Below, one piece after another: positions 16,630-26,210 of a DNA stretch of 64,000 nt. The notes under the pieces were generated by a model. The model saw nothing but the letters and a program-made list of their open reading frames with translations. It had not been told where the DNA came from and searched no databases. Every line of letters begins with the position of its first letter. Position 1 is the stretch's first letter. Origin of the DNA: an uncultured Acidobacteriaceae bacterium (lineage in GTDB: Bacteria; Acidobacteriota; Terriglobia; Terriglobales; Acidobacteriaceae); the NCBI GenBank assembly GCA_963715965.1, contig CAVQSN010000001.1, forward strand, positions 809,736 to 873,735, given 5' to 3'. The position numbers and the translations under genes are program-made.

Positions 16630-18162
16630 TCAGCGCAGTCCTTCCGTTCGCCCCTTCTGCTTCCAATCCGATGCAACGCGGGCTGGCGCGACCGCGTTTC
16701 CATTCTTGCCCGTGGGCGCTGTGGGATCGAGCACGGCAAACATTCCCGCGGCAATGGCGGCGATCGTCTCCAGTCTTTCTGTTTCCAACTCAGGCGCATT
16801 CGAAACCACGGCCGGATTGCTTTTTGCCAGCAAACGATCCAGGTAGCCGGTATCGAGCTTTCCCGCCCGAAAATCGCCATCCCCCAAAATTCGCTGAAAC
16901 AGCGAAATGTTCGTTTTGATCCCAGCCACAAAGTATTCGTAAAGCGCCCGCTCCAGTCGCATGATCGCCTGCTGCCGGTCGCTCGCATAACCGATCAACT
17001 TCGCGAGCAGCGGATCGTAATCCATCGGAACATTCCAGCCTTCATACATTCCGCTGTCGCGCCGGATTCCCGGTCCCGAGGGCTGCAGCAGCACCGTGAT
17101 CTTGCCGGGGCTGGGAAAATAATTGTTGTCCGGATCTTCGGCGTAAATGCGGCACTCAATCGCATGGCCGCGGATCCCCACTTCTGCCTGCGTGAAGGGC
17201 AACTTCTCCCCGGCCGCAATTCGGATCTGCAGATGCACAAGATCGAGTCCCGTCGTCAATTCCGTGACGGGATGCTCCACCTGCAGGCGCGTGTTCATTT
17301 CCAGAAAATAAAAGTTCTTCTGCTGATCGACCAGGAATTCGATGGTGCCCGCATTGGTGTAACTCGCCGCCTGCGCGACTCGCACCGCGACTTCCCCCAT
17401 GCGGCGCCGCATATCCGGATCGACAATCGGCGAAGGCGCTTCTTCCAGAACTTTCTGGTGACGGCGCTGTATGGAGCATTCCCGCTCTCCGAGCCAGACC
17501 GTATTGCCGTGTTCATCCGCCAGCACCTGCATCTCGATGTGGCGCGGATTGACGATCGCTTTTTCGATATAAACTTCGCTGTCGCCAAAAGAACGCTGCG
17601 CCTCGCTCTGCGCCGATTCGAGCGCCGAACGAAGTTCCTGCCGCGTGTGCACCAGGCGCATGCCCTTGCCGCCGCCGCCCGCCGCCGCTTTCAGCATCAC
17701 CGGATAACCAATCCGCTCCGCCACCTGTTCGCCTTCTTCGGCCGAACAGAGCCCACGCGACGTCCCGGGAACAAAGGGTACGCCCGCTTTTTCCATCTGC
17801 TGCCGCGCGCTGGTTTTCGAGCCCATCAGATTCATGGAGTGCGGAGAAGGTCCGATAAATTTCACGCCCGCATCCGCGCAGGCCTGGGCAAACTTCGCGT
17901 TTTCCGAGAGAAAGCCGTAGCCGGGATGAATCGCCTCAGCCCCCGAGCGTTTCGCAACCTCGAGAATCTTGTCCATCCGCAGGTAAGACTCGGAAGCCTG
18001 AGCGGGGCCGATGTGATAGGCCTCGTCGGACTTTCGGACATGCAACGCGGCGCGGTCGACATCCGAATACACAACCACTGTGGCGATGCTCATCTCCCGG
18101 CAGGCGCGGATGATGCGCACTGCGATCTCTCCTCGATTGGCAATTAGAATTTTCTTGAACAT
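16630..18162 (-). CDS. accC: biotin carboxylase (acetyl/propionyl-CoA carboxylase type)
   Basis: Starts MFKKILIANRGEIAVRIIRA. ATP-grasp motifs. About 510 aa. Confidence 0.92.
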   Translation of the reverse strand: MFKKILIANRGEIAVRIIRACREMSIATVVVYSDVDRAALHVRKSDEAYHIGPAQASESYLRMDKILEVAKRSGAEAIHPGYGFLSENAKFAQACADAGVKFIGPSPHSMNLMGSKTSARQQMEKAGVPFVPGTSRGLCSAEEGEQVAERIGYPVMLKAAAGGGGKGMRLVHTRQELRSALESAQSEAQRSFGDSEVYIEKAIVNPRHIEMQVLADEHGNTVWLGERECSIQRRHQKVLEEAPSPIVDPDMRRRMGEVAVRVAQAASYTNAGTIEFLVDQQKNFYFLEMNTRLQVEHPVTELTTGLDLVHLQIRIAAGEKLPFTQAEVGIRGHAIECRIYAEDPDNNYFPSPGKITVLLQPSGPGIRRDSGMYEGWNVPMDYDPLLAKLIGYASDRQQAIMRLERALYEYFVAGIKTNISLFQRILGDGDFRAGKLDTGYLDRLLAKSNPAVVSNAPELETERLETIAAIAAGMFAVLDPTAPTGKNGNAVAPARVASDWKQKGRTEGLR

Positions 18163-18406
18163 TCTCGCTTTACTGCCGCGCTTGGACGCGCCTCCTGCAG
18201 CTTCCGCTGCCACGAAAGGGCCGCCCCTGATTTTACCTGTGGAGCCAAAAATGTGCGTGATTCCGGTCACCGGTAACCGTGACCATGAGACGAAACTCAA
18301 ATTCGAAAGTTCGATTACGAGGGGAGCAAGATTCGGAGAGGGAACTGGAGGAATGACGGAAAGGCTGCCCGGCGGGGACGATCTTCTCGTCCCCACCCAG
18401 CATCAG

Positions 18407-19222
18407 CTATTTGTTTTGATCCATCACGATTGCGCCCGCAGGCTGCTTCTCTGCCTTGGCCTTTTTCGTGGCCATGGTTTTGTCAACCCACTCGTCTGCC
18501 GTCTTTAAATCGGCGGCGCGAGCGTCGGGGTCAGTGCACTGGATATCCGCCAGTTCGCGGTACATCAGGTTCATGTAAGCCATGGCGTCGTCGTAGTCAG
18601 GACGAAGTTGGAGCGCCTTGTTCAGATTGTCGATCCCTTCCTGAACATTGGCTGAGTTCTTCTCTTTGACCGCAGCGCACACCTTCTTGTCCTTTGCCGG
18701 TAGAGAGTCTTCAGGCTTCATCCCAAGTTTGGCGCGCTCTTCCTGGCGCGGCAAATAAGTCTGCGTCCAGTCGATCACGGCCACCGAGTAATAAGGTTCG
18801 GGATCGTTCGGATCGACCTCGGAAGCTTTCTTGTAGAACTCCTTGGCCAAGTCGAACTTTTTCATCTGCAGATACAGATAAGCGATGCCCTTGATGCTGT
18901 TGATATTTTTCGAGTCGACCTGCAGCACCTGTTTGTACTGATCGATCGCCTGCTCGCCGTAGCGGTTGTTGTCTGGAGTGTCTGCGCCCGGAATGTACTG
19001 CTGGGCGAAGGCTGTAGCGAGGTAAAGCCGGGCGTTGATCAGCGATGGGTCAAGGGCCACGGCTTTCTGGAAGTGACGGATCGCGTCTTCGAACTTCGAA
19101 TTCTTATATGCCTGCACGCCTTTGTTGAGGTTGTCGCGCGCCGCAAGCTTGTCGCAACCGGTGCTGGCGAGCACCACCAGTGTGGCGGCGAAGAACACCA
19201 GGAGTCTTTGCGTAGTTTTCAT
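18407..19222 (-). CDS. TPR-repeat lipoprotein
   Basis: Starts MKTTQRLLVFFAATLVVLASTGC (lipobox). Multiple TPR-like A..Y..A/L..P repeats. Last gene of the tonB-exbBD cluster. Confidence 0.8.
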   Translation of the reverse strand: MKTTQRLLVFFAATLVVLASTGCDKLAARDNLNKGVQAYKNSKFEDAIRHFQKAVALDPSLINARLYLATAFAQQYIPGADTPDNNRYGEQAIDQYKQVLQVDSKNINSIKGIAYLYLQMKKFDLAKEFYKKASEVDPNDPEPYYSVAVIDWTQTYLPRQEERAKLGMKPEDSLPAKDKKVCAAVKEKNSANVQEGIDNLNKALQLRPDYDDAMAYMNLMYRELADIQCTDPDARAADLKTADEWVDKTMATKKAKAEKQPAGAIVMDQNK

Positions 19223-19435
19223 TGCGTTATAAATCTCCCTTACAGCGGTATCCACATACGTGCAGCAATGCACGAGCGACACCTTATCACAAACTGGTCA
19301 TCCCTGGCCCTGAGCGTGCCGAAGGGGAAGCACCTGCTGCCGGGACGATCTGCGGTTCCTCCCTCGCCTCGCTCGGGACAACAATCGATTCAGCCGTTCG
19401 ACAAAACCTCTCAGTCCGGCCTGAACGCCCGAACC

Positions 19436-19879
19436 CTAACCGCCCGCCTCGATTTTCGCCGTGATCAACCCGACCTTGTCGACGCCCGCCGAATGCGCAA
19501 TGTCAATCACACTGGCCACGTCGGCAAAAGGCACATTGTCGTCGCCCTTCACGAACATGACTTTTTCCGCGCGGGTCTTAAAAATATCTTCCAGGCGGCC
19601 TTGCAGCGTTTCCCAGGTCGCCTCGTCCTGATTGATCTTCAGTCCCGGAGGGTTGCCCGCGCCGTGGTCGATCAACTGCACCACAATGGTACGATCCGGC
19701 GGAGGCGGCTGCTTGGCCTGATCTTTTGGCGGCGGCTGCGGAACCAACGCCTCCAATCCTTTCGGCGTCAGCGGCGTGATCACCATGAAAATGATGAGCA
19801 GCACTAGCAGCACGTCAATCAGCGGCGTAACGTTCATGTTCGCGCTTTGGCCCCCTTTGGGGCCGACGGCCATACCCAT
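19436..19879 (-). CDS. exbD: ExbD/TolR biopolymer transport protein
   Basis: 147 aa. NVTPLIDVLLVLLIIFM motif. AGGAGA SD. Confidence 0.9.
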   Translation of the reverse strand: MGMAVGPKGGQSANMNVTPLIDVLLVLLIIFMVITPLTPKGLEALVPQPPPKDQAKQPPPPDRTIVVQLIDHGAGNPPGLKINQDEATWETLQGRLEDIFKTRAEKVMFVKGDDNVPFADVASVIDIAHSAGVDKVGLITAKIEAGG

Positions 19880-19938
19880 AATCGATCTCCTGTATTGCTA
19901 CGATTGCCGTTGTTGCTTCGTTCTGCTGCGTTGACTGT

Positions 19939-20409
19939 CTATTGCCCGCCGGTCGGTGGCGCACCCGGTGGCGGTGCCGAAAGGTTTCCGGCCTTCTTCT
20001 GATCGGTCAAAAGACCAAGCTGATCCACGCCAGCGGAGCGAACGTCGTCGACGACTTCTACCACCCAGCCAAACTTCGCCCGCATATCGGCTTTCAGAAA
20101 GACGCGCTTGTCGGTCCGGTTCGTCAGCTTATCTTTAATCTTCTGCGTCAGATCGGCGGGATTGACCAGATCGTTGCCAAAAAAGACCTTGTCGTCGCGA
20201 GTGACCGCGACCAACAACGCATCTTCTTTGTCGGCGTCGTGCATGTCTTCGGGATTATTGACTTTGGCCATGTCCACGGGCACGCCGTGTTGCAACATCG
20301 GCGTAACCACCATGAAGATAATCAGCAGCACCAGCATCACGTCCACCATGGGTGTGACGTTGATGTCGGAGCTAACGTTGGCCCCTTCGTTCCGTTTCGC
20401 TAGTGACAT
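19939..20409 (-). CDS. exbD: ExbD/TolR biopolymer transport protein (second copy)
   Basis: INVTPMVDVMLVLLIIFMV motif. ATG at 20409 has an AGGAGA SD. The ORF track extends to 20448. Confidence 0.9.
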   Translation of the reverse strand: MSLAKRNEGANVSSDINVTPMVDVMLVLLIIFMVVTPMLQHGVPVDMAKVNNPEDMHDADKEDALLVAVTRDDKVFFGNDLVNPADLTQKIKDKLTNRTDKRVFLKADMRAKFGWVVEVVDDVRSAGVDQLGLLTDQKKAGNLSAPPPGAPPTGGQ

Positions 20410-20581
20410 GGAATTCCGTCTCCTGCCTACGCTTGCCTGGTTCGCCACTCCATAACCTGCCGGATGTAGAGCCGGGCGTTGCCGCCCGGCCCCACCTGCA
20501 ACTCATGGGTAGCCACCAGCCAGTCAACGATCTTAGGCCACAGTCCTGAGTCCCGAGGCCAAAGATCAAAGACCTGCTTTC

Positions 20582-21337
20582 TTACGACCGGCGCATGCTC
20601 CGGCGCTTCAGGAAGTAATCGATCAGTTCGCTCGACGAGTTGTCCATCTCCACGTCGAACGCTTCCACGCGGCCGGTCAGATAGTTAAACATCATGACGG
20701 CCGGAATCGCCACGAACAAACCGACTGCCGTGGTAACCAGCGCCTCGGAAATGCCGCCCGCGACCGCTGCCAGACCCGTCGCCTTCTCCTTCGCGATTCC
20801 GTTAAACGCGTTCAGAATGCCGACCACGGTTCCGAATAGCCCCACGAAGGGAGCCGTTGAACCGATCGTCGCCAGTCCGCCTAAGCCGCGCTTCAGTTCC
20901 GCGTGAACGATGGCTTCGGTGCGCTCCAGTGCGCGCTTGGAAGCTTCAATGGTCTCGCCAGGAATCTCGCCCGGGCTGTCCTGGTGAGCCTTGAATTCCA
21001 TCAGGCCCGCCGTGACTACTTTCGCCAGGTGACTCTTCTTATTGCGCTCGGCGACTTTGATCGCTTCGTCAATCTTTCCTTCGCGCAAGGCTCCCGCCAC
21101 TGCGGGAGCAAAAGAGCGGGACTGATTGCGGGCAGCGTTGAAAGCCATCCAGCGGTCAATCATCACGCCGATCGACCACCCCGACATGATGAATAGAATG
21201 ATAACCACGACTTTCGCCAGAATGCCCATCTGTTTCCACAGCGAAATCGGGTCCCAACCGACCGAGCCCTCGTCAAAGAGCCAGGCGGCGAAAAGGTGGA
21301 AATTACACAGTGCGACTGCTGCCAGGTTCACTACCAT
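20582..21337 (-). CDS. exbB: MotA/TolQ/ExbB proton-channel protein
   Basis: Three TM segments. GLFGTVVGILNAF and ALVTTAVGLFVAIPA motifs. GAGGAGGAG SD upstream of ATG 21337. Confidence 0.9.
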   Translation of the reverse strand: MVVNLAAVALCNFHLFAAWLFDEGSVGWDPISLWKQMGILAKVVVIILFIMSGWSIGVMIDRWMAFNAARNQSRSFAPAVAGALREGKIDEAIKVAERNKKSHLAKVVTAGLMEFKAHQDSPGEIPGETIEASKRALERTEAIVHAELKRGLGGLATIGSTAPFVGLFGTVVGILNAFNGIAKEKATGLAAVAGGISEALVTTAVGLFVAIPAVMMFNYLTGRVEAFDVEMDNSSSELIDYFLKRRSMRRS

Positions 21338-21623
21338 GAGTTGCTTCTCCTCCTCAGAACTGTTTGGAACTCTGCCAATACGCTTCCTCGGACTCCATCT
21401 CGCATGGCAACCGGGCATCGCCACCCTACCGGCGCGGCAAACCCTGCTCCCACACACAATCCGAAGCCTGCCAAGATCTGAACTCTTTGATGCAAGAACC
21501 TAAAATGATAGCCCTCGGGGCCAAATGGCACCCGGACTCCCGTCTCGGGAAATGGTGGGACGGGGAAGGGCTTCATGCCGCCAGTACTGAACCGCCAAAC
21601 AAAACACCATCAGCTCGGAGAGT

Positions 21624-22364
21624 CTAGCCTCCAGACAAGCTGAAGTTCACTTGGACCTGGGTCTCCACCGCCACCGGCTCGCCATTGAGCAGGTAGGGCT
21701 TATAGCGCCACTGTTTTACGGCTTCAATCGCCGCCGGCGCCAGCATCGGATGCCCGCTGATCAATTGCAGGTTCTGAATCGTGCCGTCCTTGCTGATTTC
21801 AGCCTGCAAGATCACCGTACCCTGTATGCGAGCCTGTTTCGCGAGCTGCGGGTAAACAGGAGTAACCTTCTTGATCAAAAGACCGGTCGCAACGCCTGTC
21901 GACACCCGAACCCGCTGCGGAGTCGCAACCTTCGGAACCGCAACCGGCGTTGAACTGATGATGCCGCCGATCACGCCACCCGCCGACCCTCCCGGCACGC
22001 CTCCTGGGACTCCGCCCGGGACGCCGCCCGCACCCAAGTCCGGCGGAGCTTCCTCTTCTTTGATCATCTGTACTTTATCTGGAATCTTGGTGGGCGTGCG
22101 CAATTGCCCGTTGATCACTTCGCTCTGCATCTTCACCACTTTGACCGGAGCAGCCGCTGGGGGCGGTGGCGGCGGCGGCGGTGGTGGCGGCGCTACCAGA
22201 AACGTCATCAGCTGAGTCTTAGGCAGTGCATCGGTATAGATCAGCGGGATCAAAATCAGAATCCCGATGAGCATCACCTGCAGCGTGAACGACAAGATCG
22301 TTGTGCTCAACCGCCGCTTGGCCTTGAACCTGTTTCCCGACTCTATGAGGCTGTCTTCAAACAT
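21624..22364 (-). CDS. tonB: energy transducer TonB
   Basis: N-terminal TM anchor, poly-Pro spacer (PPPPPPPPPPPAAAP), C-terminal TonB_C (YPQLAKQARIQGTVIL…). Confidence 0.9.
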   Translation of the reverse strand: MFEDSLIESGNRFKAKRRLSTTILSFTLQVMLIGILILIPLIYTDALPKTQLMTFLVAPPPPPPPPPPPAAAPVKVVKMQSEVINGQLRTPTKIPDKVQMIKEEEAPPDLGAGGVPGGVPGGVPGGSAGGVIGGIISSTPVAVPKVATPQRVRVSTGVATGLLIKKVTPVYPQLAKQARIQGTVILQAEISKDGTIQNLQLISGHPMLAPAAIEAVKQWRYKPYLLNGEPVAVETQVQVNFSLSGG

Positions 22365-22506
22365 AGGCTTCTCCTACACAGACCTTAAGACAATTTAGAC
22401 ACCGCCCGCATCCAATTTGCTCCCGCCTTCTTCATCCTGCCTCGGCTCGGCGTCTGCCAATCCTGCCTCTCGGGGCAGGTGAGAATTCTACGCTATAAAA
22501 CGCGAA

Positions 22507-23736
22507 TTAGACCTTAACTTTTTCTTTCGTCTGCGACGGCCCGTTCCCGGACCGCAGCGGCATCGCAATCGGCTTCTTGCCGCGCTCCCCGCGCCATTCC
22601 TGGTAAGCCACCAGAATCGGCGCGGCAATCGCAATCGAGGAGTACGTCCCGATCAGAATGCCGATCACCAGCGCGAAGCTAAAACCATGCAGCACCTCGC
22701 CGCCGAAAAGGAACAGAGCAAGCACGGTAAGGAAAGTTAAGCCCGCTGTCAAGATCGTTCTGCTTAAAGTTTGATTGATGCTCTTGTTGACGATGTCCGA
22801 CAACCGGTCCCGGCGCAACAGTTTGATGTTTTCCCGGATGCGGTCAAAAACCACAATCGTGTCGTTGTTCGAGTATCCGATCAGCGTCAGGATCGCCGCG
22901 ATAACCGTCAACGAGATCTCCCAGTTGAGCAGCGAGAATGCTCCCACCGTGATCAACGTGTCGTGAAACACCGTCAATACCGCAGCCACGCCGTAAATCC
23001 ATTCAAAGCGGAATCCCAGGTAGATCAGCATTCCCGCCAGCGAATAGAGAGTCGCCAATAGCGCCTGCTTGCGCAACTGCTGCCCCACCTGCGGACCAAC
23101 GATTTCAACGTTGCGAATGCCAAAGTCCGAGACAAAGAAATTTTCATCCAGCGCCGCGACCACACTCGAGTCGACCGCGCCCTTCAGTTCATCGAGAGAG
23201 GAAAGTACTCCGCTCTTCGTCTTGTCGCGATAATCCACGATGGCCTGCGCAACCGCCGTGTAGCGAGGATTGGCATCCCCGCCCGAACCAAGATGCAGCG
23301 GATCCTTCTCCAGCAGATAATTCAGGATCGTCAGCGAACTGGAATTATTCAGATCCTGCTTGCCCGCAACCGCGTGGCTCTCGAGCGCCTGCTTGATCAG
23401 GTCCTTGCCCTTGCTCAAGTCCTGTTCGCTCGTCTCCTGAATGTCGAGCGCGATCAGCACTTCGTTATTGGCGGGTTGCCCGTAGCGCTGTACCCGCGCG
23501 TTCTTCAATCCGGCGCGCTCGATCTCGTTGTGAATGGAGGATGGGTCGGGAGTGTGCGAGTACTTCACATACACCAGCGTGCCGCCGCGGAAGTCCACTC
23601 CTAGCGGGATGCCATGCCAGAACGCCATCGAAAGCACTCCGGCCACGCTGAAGATCAGCGAAAACGTGAGGAAGTACCACTTCTTCCCGAGAAAGTCGAA
23701 ATTCGTATCTTTAAAAAATTCCAAGTCAAACTCCAA
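22507..23736 (-). CDS. secF: protein translocase subunit SecF
   Basis: 409 aa. SecD/SecF C-terminal TM bundle (NDTIVVFDRIREN). Confidence 0.92.
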   Translation of the reverse strand: MEFDLEFFKDTNFDFLGKKWYFLTFSLIFSVAGVLSMAFWHGIPLGVDFRGGTLVYVKYSHTPDPSSIHNEIERAGLKNARVQRYGQPANNEVLIALDIQETSEQDLSKGKDLIKQALESHAVAGKQDLNNSSSLTILNYLLEKDPLHLGSGGDANPRYTAVAQAIVDYRDKTKSGVLSSLDELKGAVDSSVVAALDENFFVSDFGIRNVEIVGPQVGQQLRKQALLATLYSLAGMLIYLGFRFEWIYGVAAVLTVFHDTLITVGAFSLLNWEISLTVIAAILTLIGYSNNDTIVVFDRIRENIKLLRRDRLSDIVNKSINQTLSRTILTAGLTFLTVLALFLFGGEVLHGFSFALVIGILIGTYSSIAIAAPILVAYQEWRGERGKKPIAMPLRSGNGPSQTKEKVKV

Positions 23737-23823
23737 AACTGCTGCTGGCTGCTAGCCCATGGCTGCTGGCAATCCGGATCGGGTTGCTAGTAGCTAGCGG
23801 CTAGAAGCCATGAGCTGTTCTAT

Positions 23824-25446
23824 CTAAATGCTCAACGCTTCTCCGCGCTGCTTCCGGCTCAGCACCCAGTCAAAAATCACGCGCGATACAAACACCGCCG
23901 TAAACAAGTTCGCCGCCAAACCAAACACCAGCGTGGTGGCAAAGCCTTTTACCGGACCGGTCCCGAAGATAAACAGAATCGCGGCCGAAACAATCGTCGT
24001 GACGTGGGTGTCCACAATCGTGATCCAGGCATGGCTGAATCCCTGCTCCACCGCCGAAGGCGGAGTCTTGCCATTCCTTAGCTCTTCTCGGATTCTCTCA
24101 AAAATCAGCACGTTCGAATCCACACCCATGCCGACCGTCAAAATGACGCCCGCAATCCCCGGCAGCGTCAGTACCGCTCCAAAGTAGCCCATGAATCCCA
24201 GCAGAATTACCAGGTTCAGAATCAAGGCAATATCGGCGTTCACGCCCGCCCAGCGGTAATACACCAACATGAAGATCAGGACGGCCAGCATGCCATAGAT
24301 CGCAGCCTGCACGCCCGATCGAATCGAATCCGCGCCGAGCGACGGACCAACGGTTCGCTCTTCCAGATACTTGATCCCTGCCGGCAGTGCGCCCGAACGC
24401 AGGGTCATCGAAAGATCTTGAACCTCTTGCTGCGTGAAGCGCCCGTTGATAATGCCGGTGTCGCGAATGGCATCCTTAATTACAGCCACTTCCTGCACCT
24501 TGTTGTCGAGCACAACCGCCAGATTGTCTCCCACGTGACCCGAGGTGAAGGAATAAAACTTGCGCCCGCCTTCGCTGGTCAGAATGAAACGCACCGCTGG
24601 CTGCCCATTTTCATCGGTCGACGGCTCGGCTGTGCGAAGGTCGCGGCCAGTCACCGCCGAGGCGCGCGAAATCAGGTAATACTGCTCTCCCGTATCGCTA
24701 TTGCGCGATCCGATGCTCTTACCCGGCATCAGCACCGCATCGGGAGGCAACACCCCGCCCTTGTCTTGTAGCGCCGCTTCCTGGCTCGGATACGGCCCGC
24801 CCAGCGATTGCTTGATTTCAAGCATCGCCGTGGATTGCATGATTTCTTTTACCCGCGCCGGATCGTCCACGCCCGGCAACTGCACCAGAATCTGGTACTG
24901 CCCTAGCCCGTGTTCCTGAATCACCGGCTCGCTCACGCCCAGTTGATCGATGCGATTGCGGATGGTCTCAATCGCCTGCGCGACCGCCCGGTTTTTCAAA
25001 TCGGAAAGGTTCTGCCCCTTCATCGCCACGGTCCAGGAGTTCTCCGCCCCTGAAGTGGCGTCGTAATCCGGCAGCCGGTCGGAGACAATGCTCTTGAAAT
25101 CGCTTGTCTGGTCCGGCGGAACGCCCTTTACCACGATCATCTCCGGATGGTTGATCGGATCGGGCTTGATAATGTCGGCGTAGTTGATCTTCTTCGCCCG
25201 CATGTCTTCTTTGAGGCGTGCCAGCGCGTTGTCGGAGTCGACATTCACCGCGTCATTCACCTGCACCTGCAGGATCAGGTGCGTCCCGCCGCGCAGATCC
25301 AGCCCCAAATGAATGCGGTCGGTGATCGACGCCAGGATCCCCTTGCCCGACCAGTCCTTAGGAATGCCAAAGATGCCGCCGAGAAACACGAGCAGGATCC
25401 CAACGATAGCGATCAATTTCCAACTGAGATTCTTATTCATGACCAT
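23824..25446 (-). CDS. secD: protein translocase subunit SecD
   Basis: 540 aa. LGLDLRGG motif. C-terminal TM bundle (DSNVLIFERIREE). Confidence 0.93.
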   Translation of the reverse strand: MVMNKNLSWKLIAIVGILLVFLGGIFGIPKDWSGKGILASITDRIHLGLDLRGGTHLILQVQVNDAVNVDSDNALARLKEDMRAKKINYADIIKPDPINHPEMIVVKGVPPDQTSDFKSIVSDRLPDYDATSGAENSWTVAMKGQNLSDLKNRAVAQAIETIRNRIDQLGVSEPVIQEHGLGQYQILVQLPGVDDPARVKEIMQSTAMLEIKQSLGGPYPSQEAALQDKGGVLPPDAVLMPGKSIGSRNSDTGEQYYLISRASAVTGRDLRTAEPSTDENGQPAVRFILTSEGGRKFYSFTSGHVGDNLAVVLDNKVQEVAVIKDAIRDTGIINGRFTQQEVQDLSMTLRSGALPAGIKYLEERTVGPSLGADSIRSGVQAAIYGMLAVLIFMLVYYRWAGVNADIALILNLVILLGFMGYFGAVLTLPGIAGVILTVGMGVDSNVLIFERIREELRNGKTPPSAVEQGFSHAWITIVDTHVTTIVSAAILFIFGTGPVKGFATTLVFGLAANLFTAVFVSRVIFDWVLSRKQRGEALSI

Positions 25447-25504
25447 CCGTCAAAAGCACTGAGAACTCCAACTGAAAGCTGATAACCGACAGCTGGCAGC
25501 TGCT

Positions 25505-25861
25505 TTACTTTCCTTCTTCCGCCGTCGTCACCGATACTACCGACGCCCGGCTGATTTCCAGCTTCAAGTTATCCGGAGGCACGCGCAAAACCACCGCATC
25601 GTCCTTGAGGCTGATGATCGTTCCGCGCAGACCGCCGCTGGTCACGATCCTGTCTCCGTTTTTCAATTCGCCCAGCATGGCCTGCCACTTCTTCTGCTTC
25701 CGCTGTTGCGGCAGAATCAGCAGAAAATAAAAAATGGCAAAAATGAACAGTAGCGGCGCCAGCCCAAGCAGACTGGTGCCACTCGGCATCTGCAACCAGG
25801 AAGCCAATCCGCTGCGCAGCCCATTCAAAATCATTTCCAACGCCAAGTTGATCCTCTGCAA
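25505..25861 (-). CDS. yajC: preprotein translocase subunit YajC
   Basis: Single TM segment followed by ILPQQRKQKKWQAMLGELKNGDRIVTSGGLRGTI, the YajC signature. The start may be an internal Met. Confidence 0.88.
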   Translation of the reverse strand: MQRINLALEMILNGLRSGLASWLQMPSGTSLLGLAPLLFIFAIFYFLLILPQQRKQKKWQAMLGELKNGDRIVTSGGLRGTIISLKDDAVVLRVPPDNLKLEISRASVVSVTTAEEGK

Positions 25862-26210
25862 TCAAATATCAAACGAAATTCCGCCCAACTCTGCCTCCCG
25901 GGAGGCTCTTCTCAGACCCTGCCCAGCGGGACTCGGCACAAGTTTGCTGCTTTCGCCGCTTAACTTTCCCTGCCGGGCTTTGTTAACTTCCGCGCCCAAC
26001 TGCGGCAATTATTTTCTTCTAAGGCCGGAGATCCTACAGCGAGCAGGCTAAGAACCGGCGATGCCGCGCCCCGGTTGCGATCGGAACGGCACAGAGAGAA
26101 ACGAACATATCCCCAAGCTCAATAGAATGCCGGACGACCCGCTAGGTGTCAAGGTCGATACGCCGATTTTGTCGGTGTCTCGCCCTATGGTCCCGCACCT
26201 TGCCGATCCC

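Noticed and set aside
16625-16632. Biotin carboxylase and BCCP-domain genes separated by only 4 nt; possibly a frameshifted single carboxylase alpha-subunit gene
   Set aside because: The downstream ATG is in a different frame from the TGA-terminated gene, and the spacing is typical of translational coupling. Both products look complete, so this is a genuine two-gene arrangement.
23741-23823. GCTAG/GCTGCTGGC-rich, stop-codon-dense spacer between secD and secF
   Set aside because: Only short imperfect repeats are present. No stable hairpin or recognisable motif was found. Probably just an inter-cistronic spacer.
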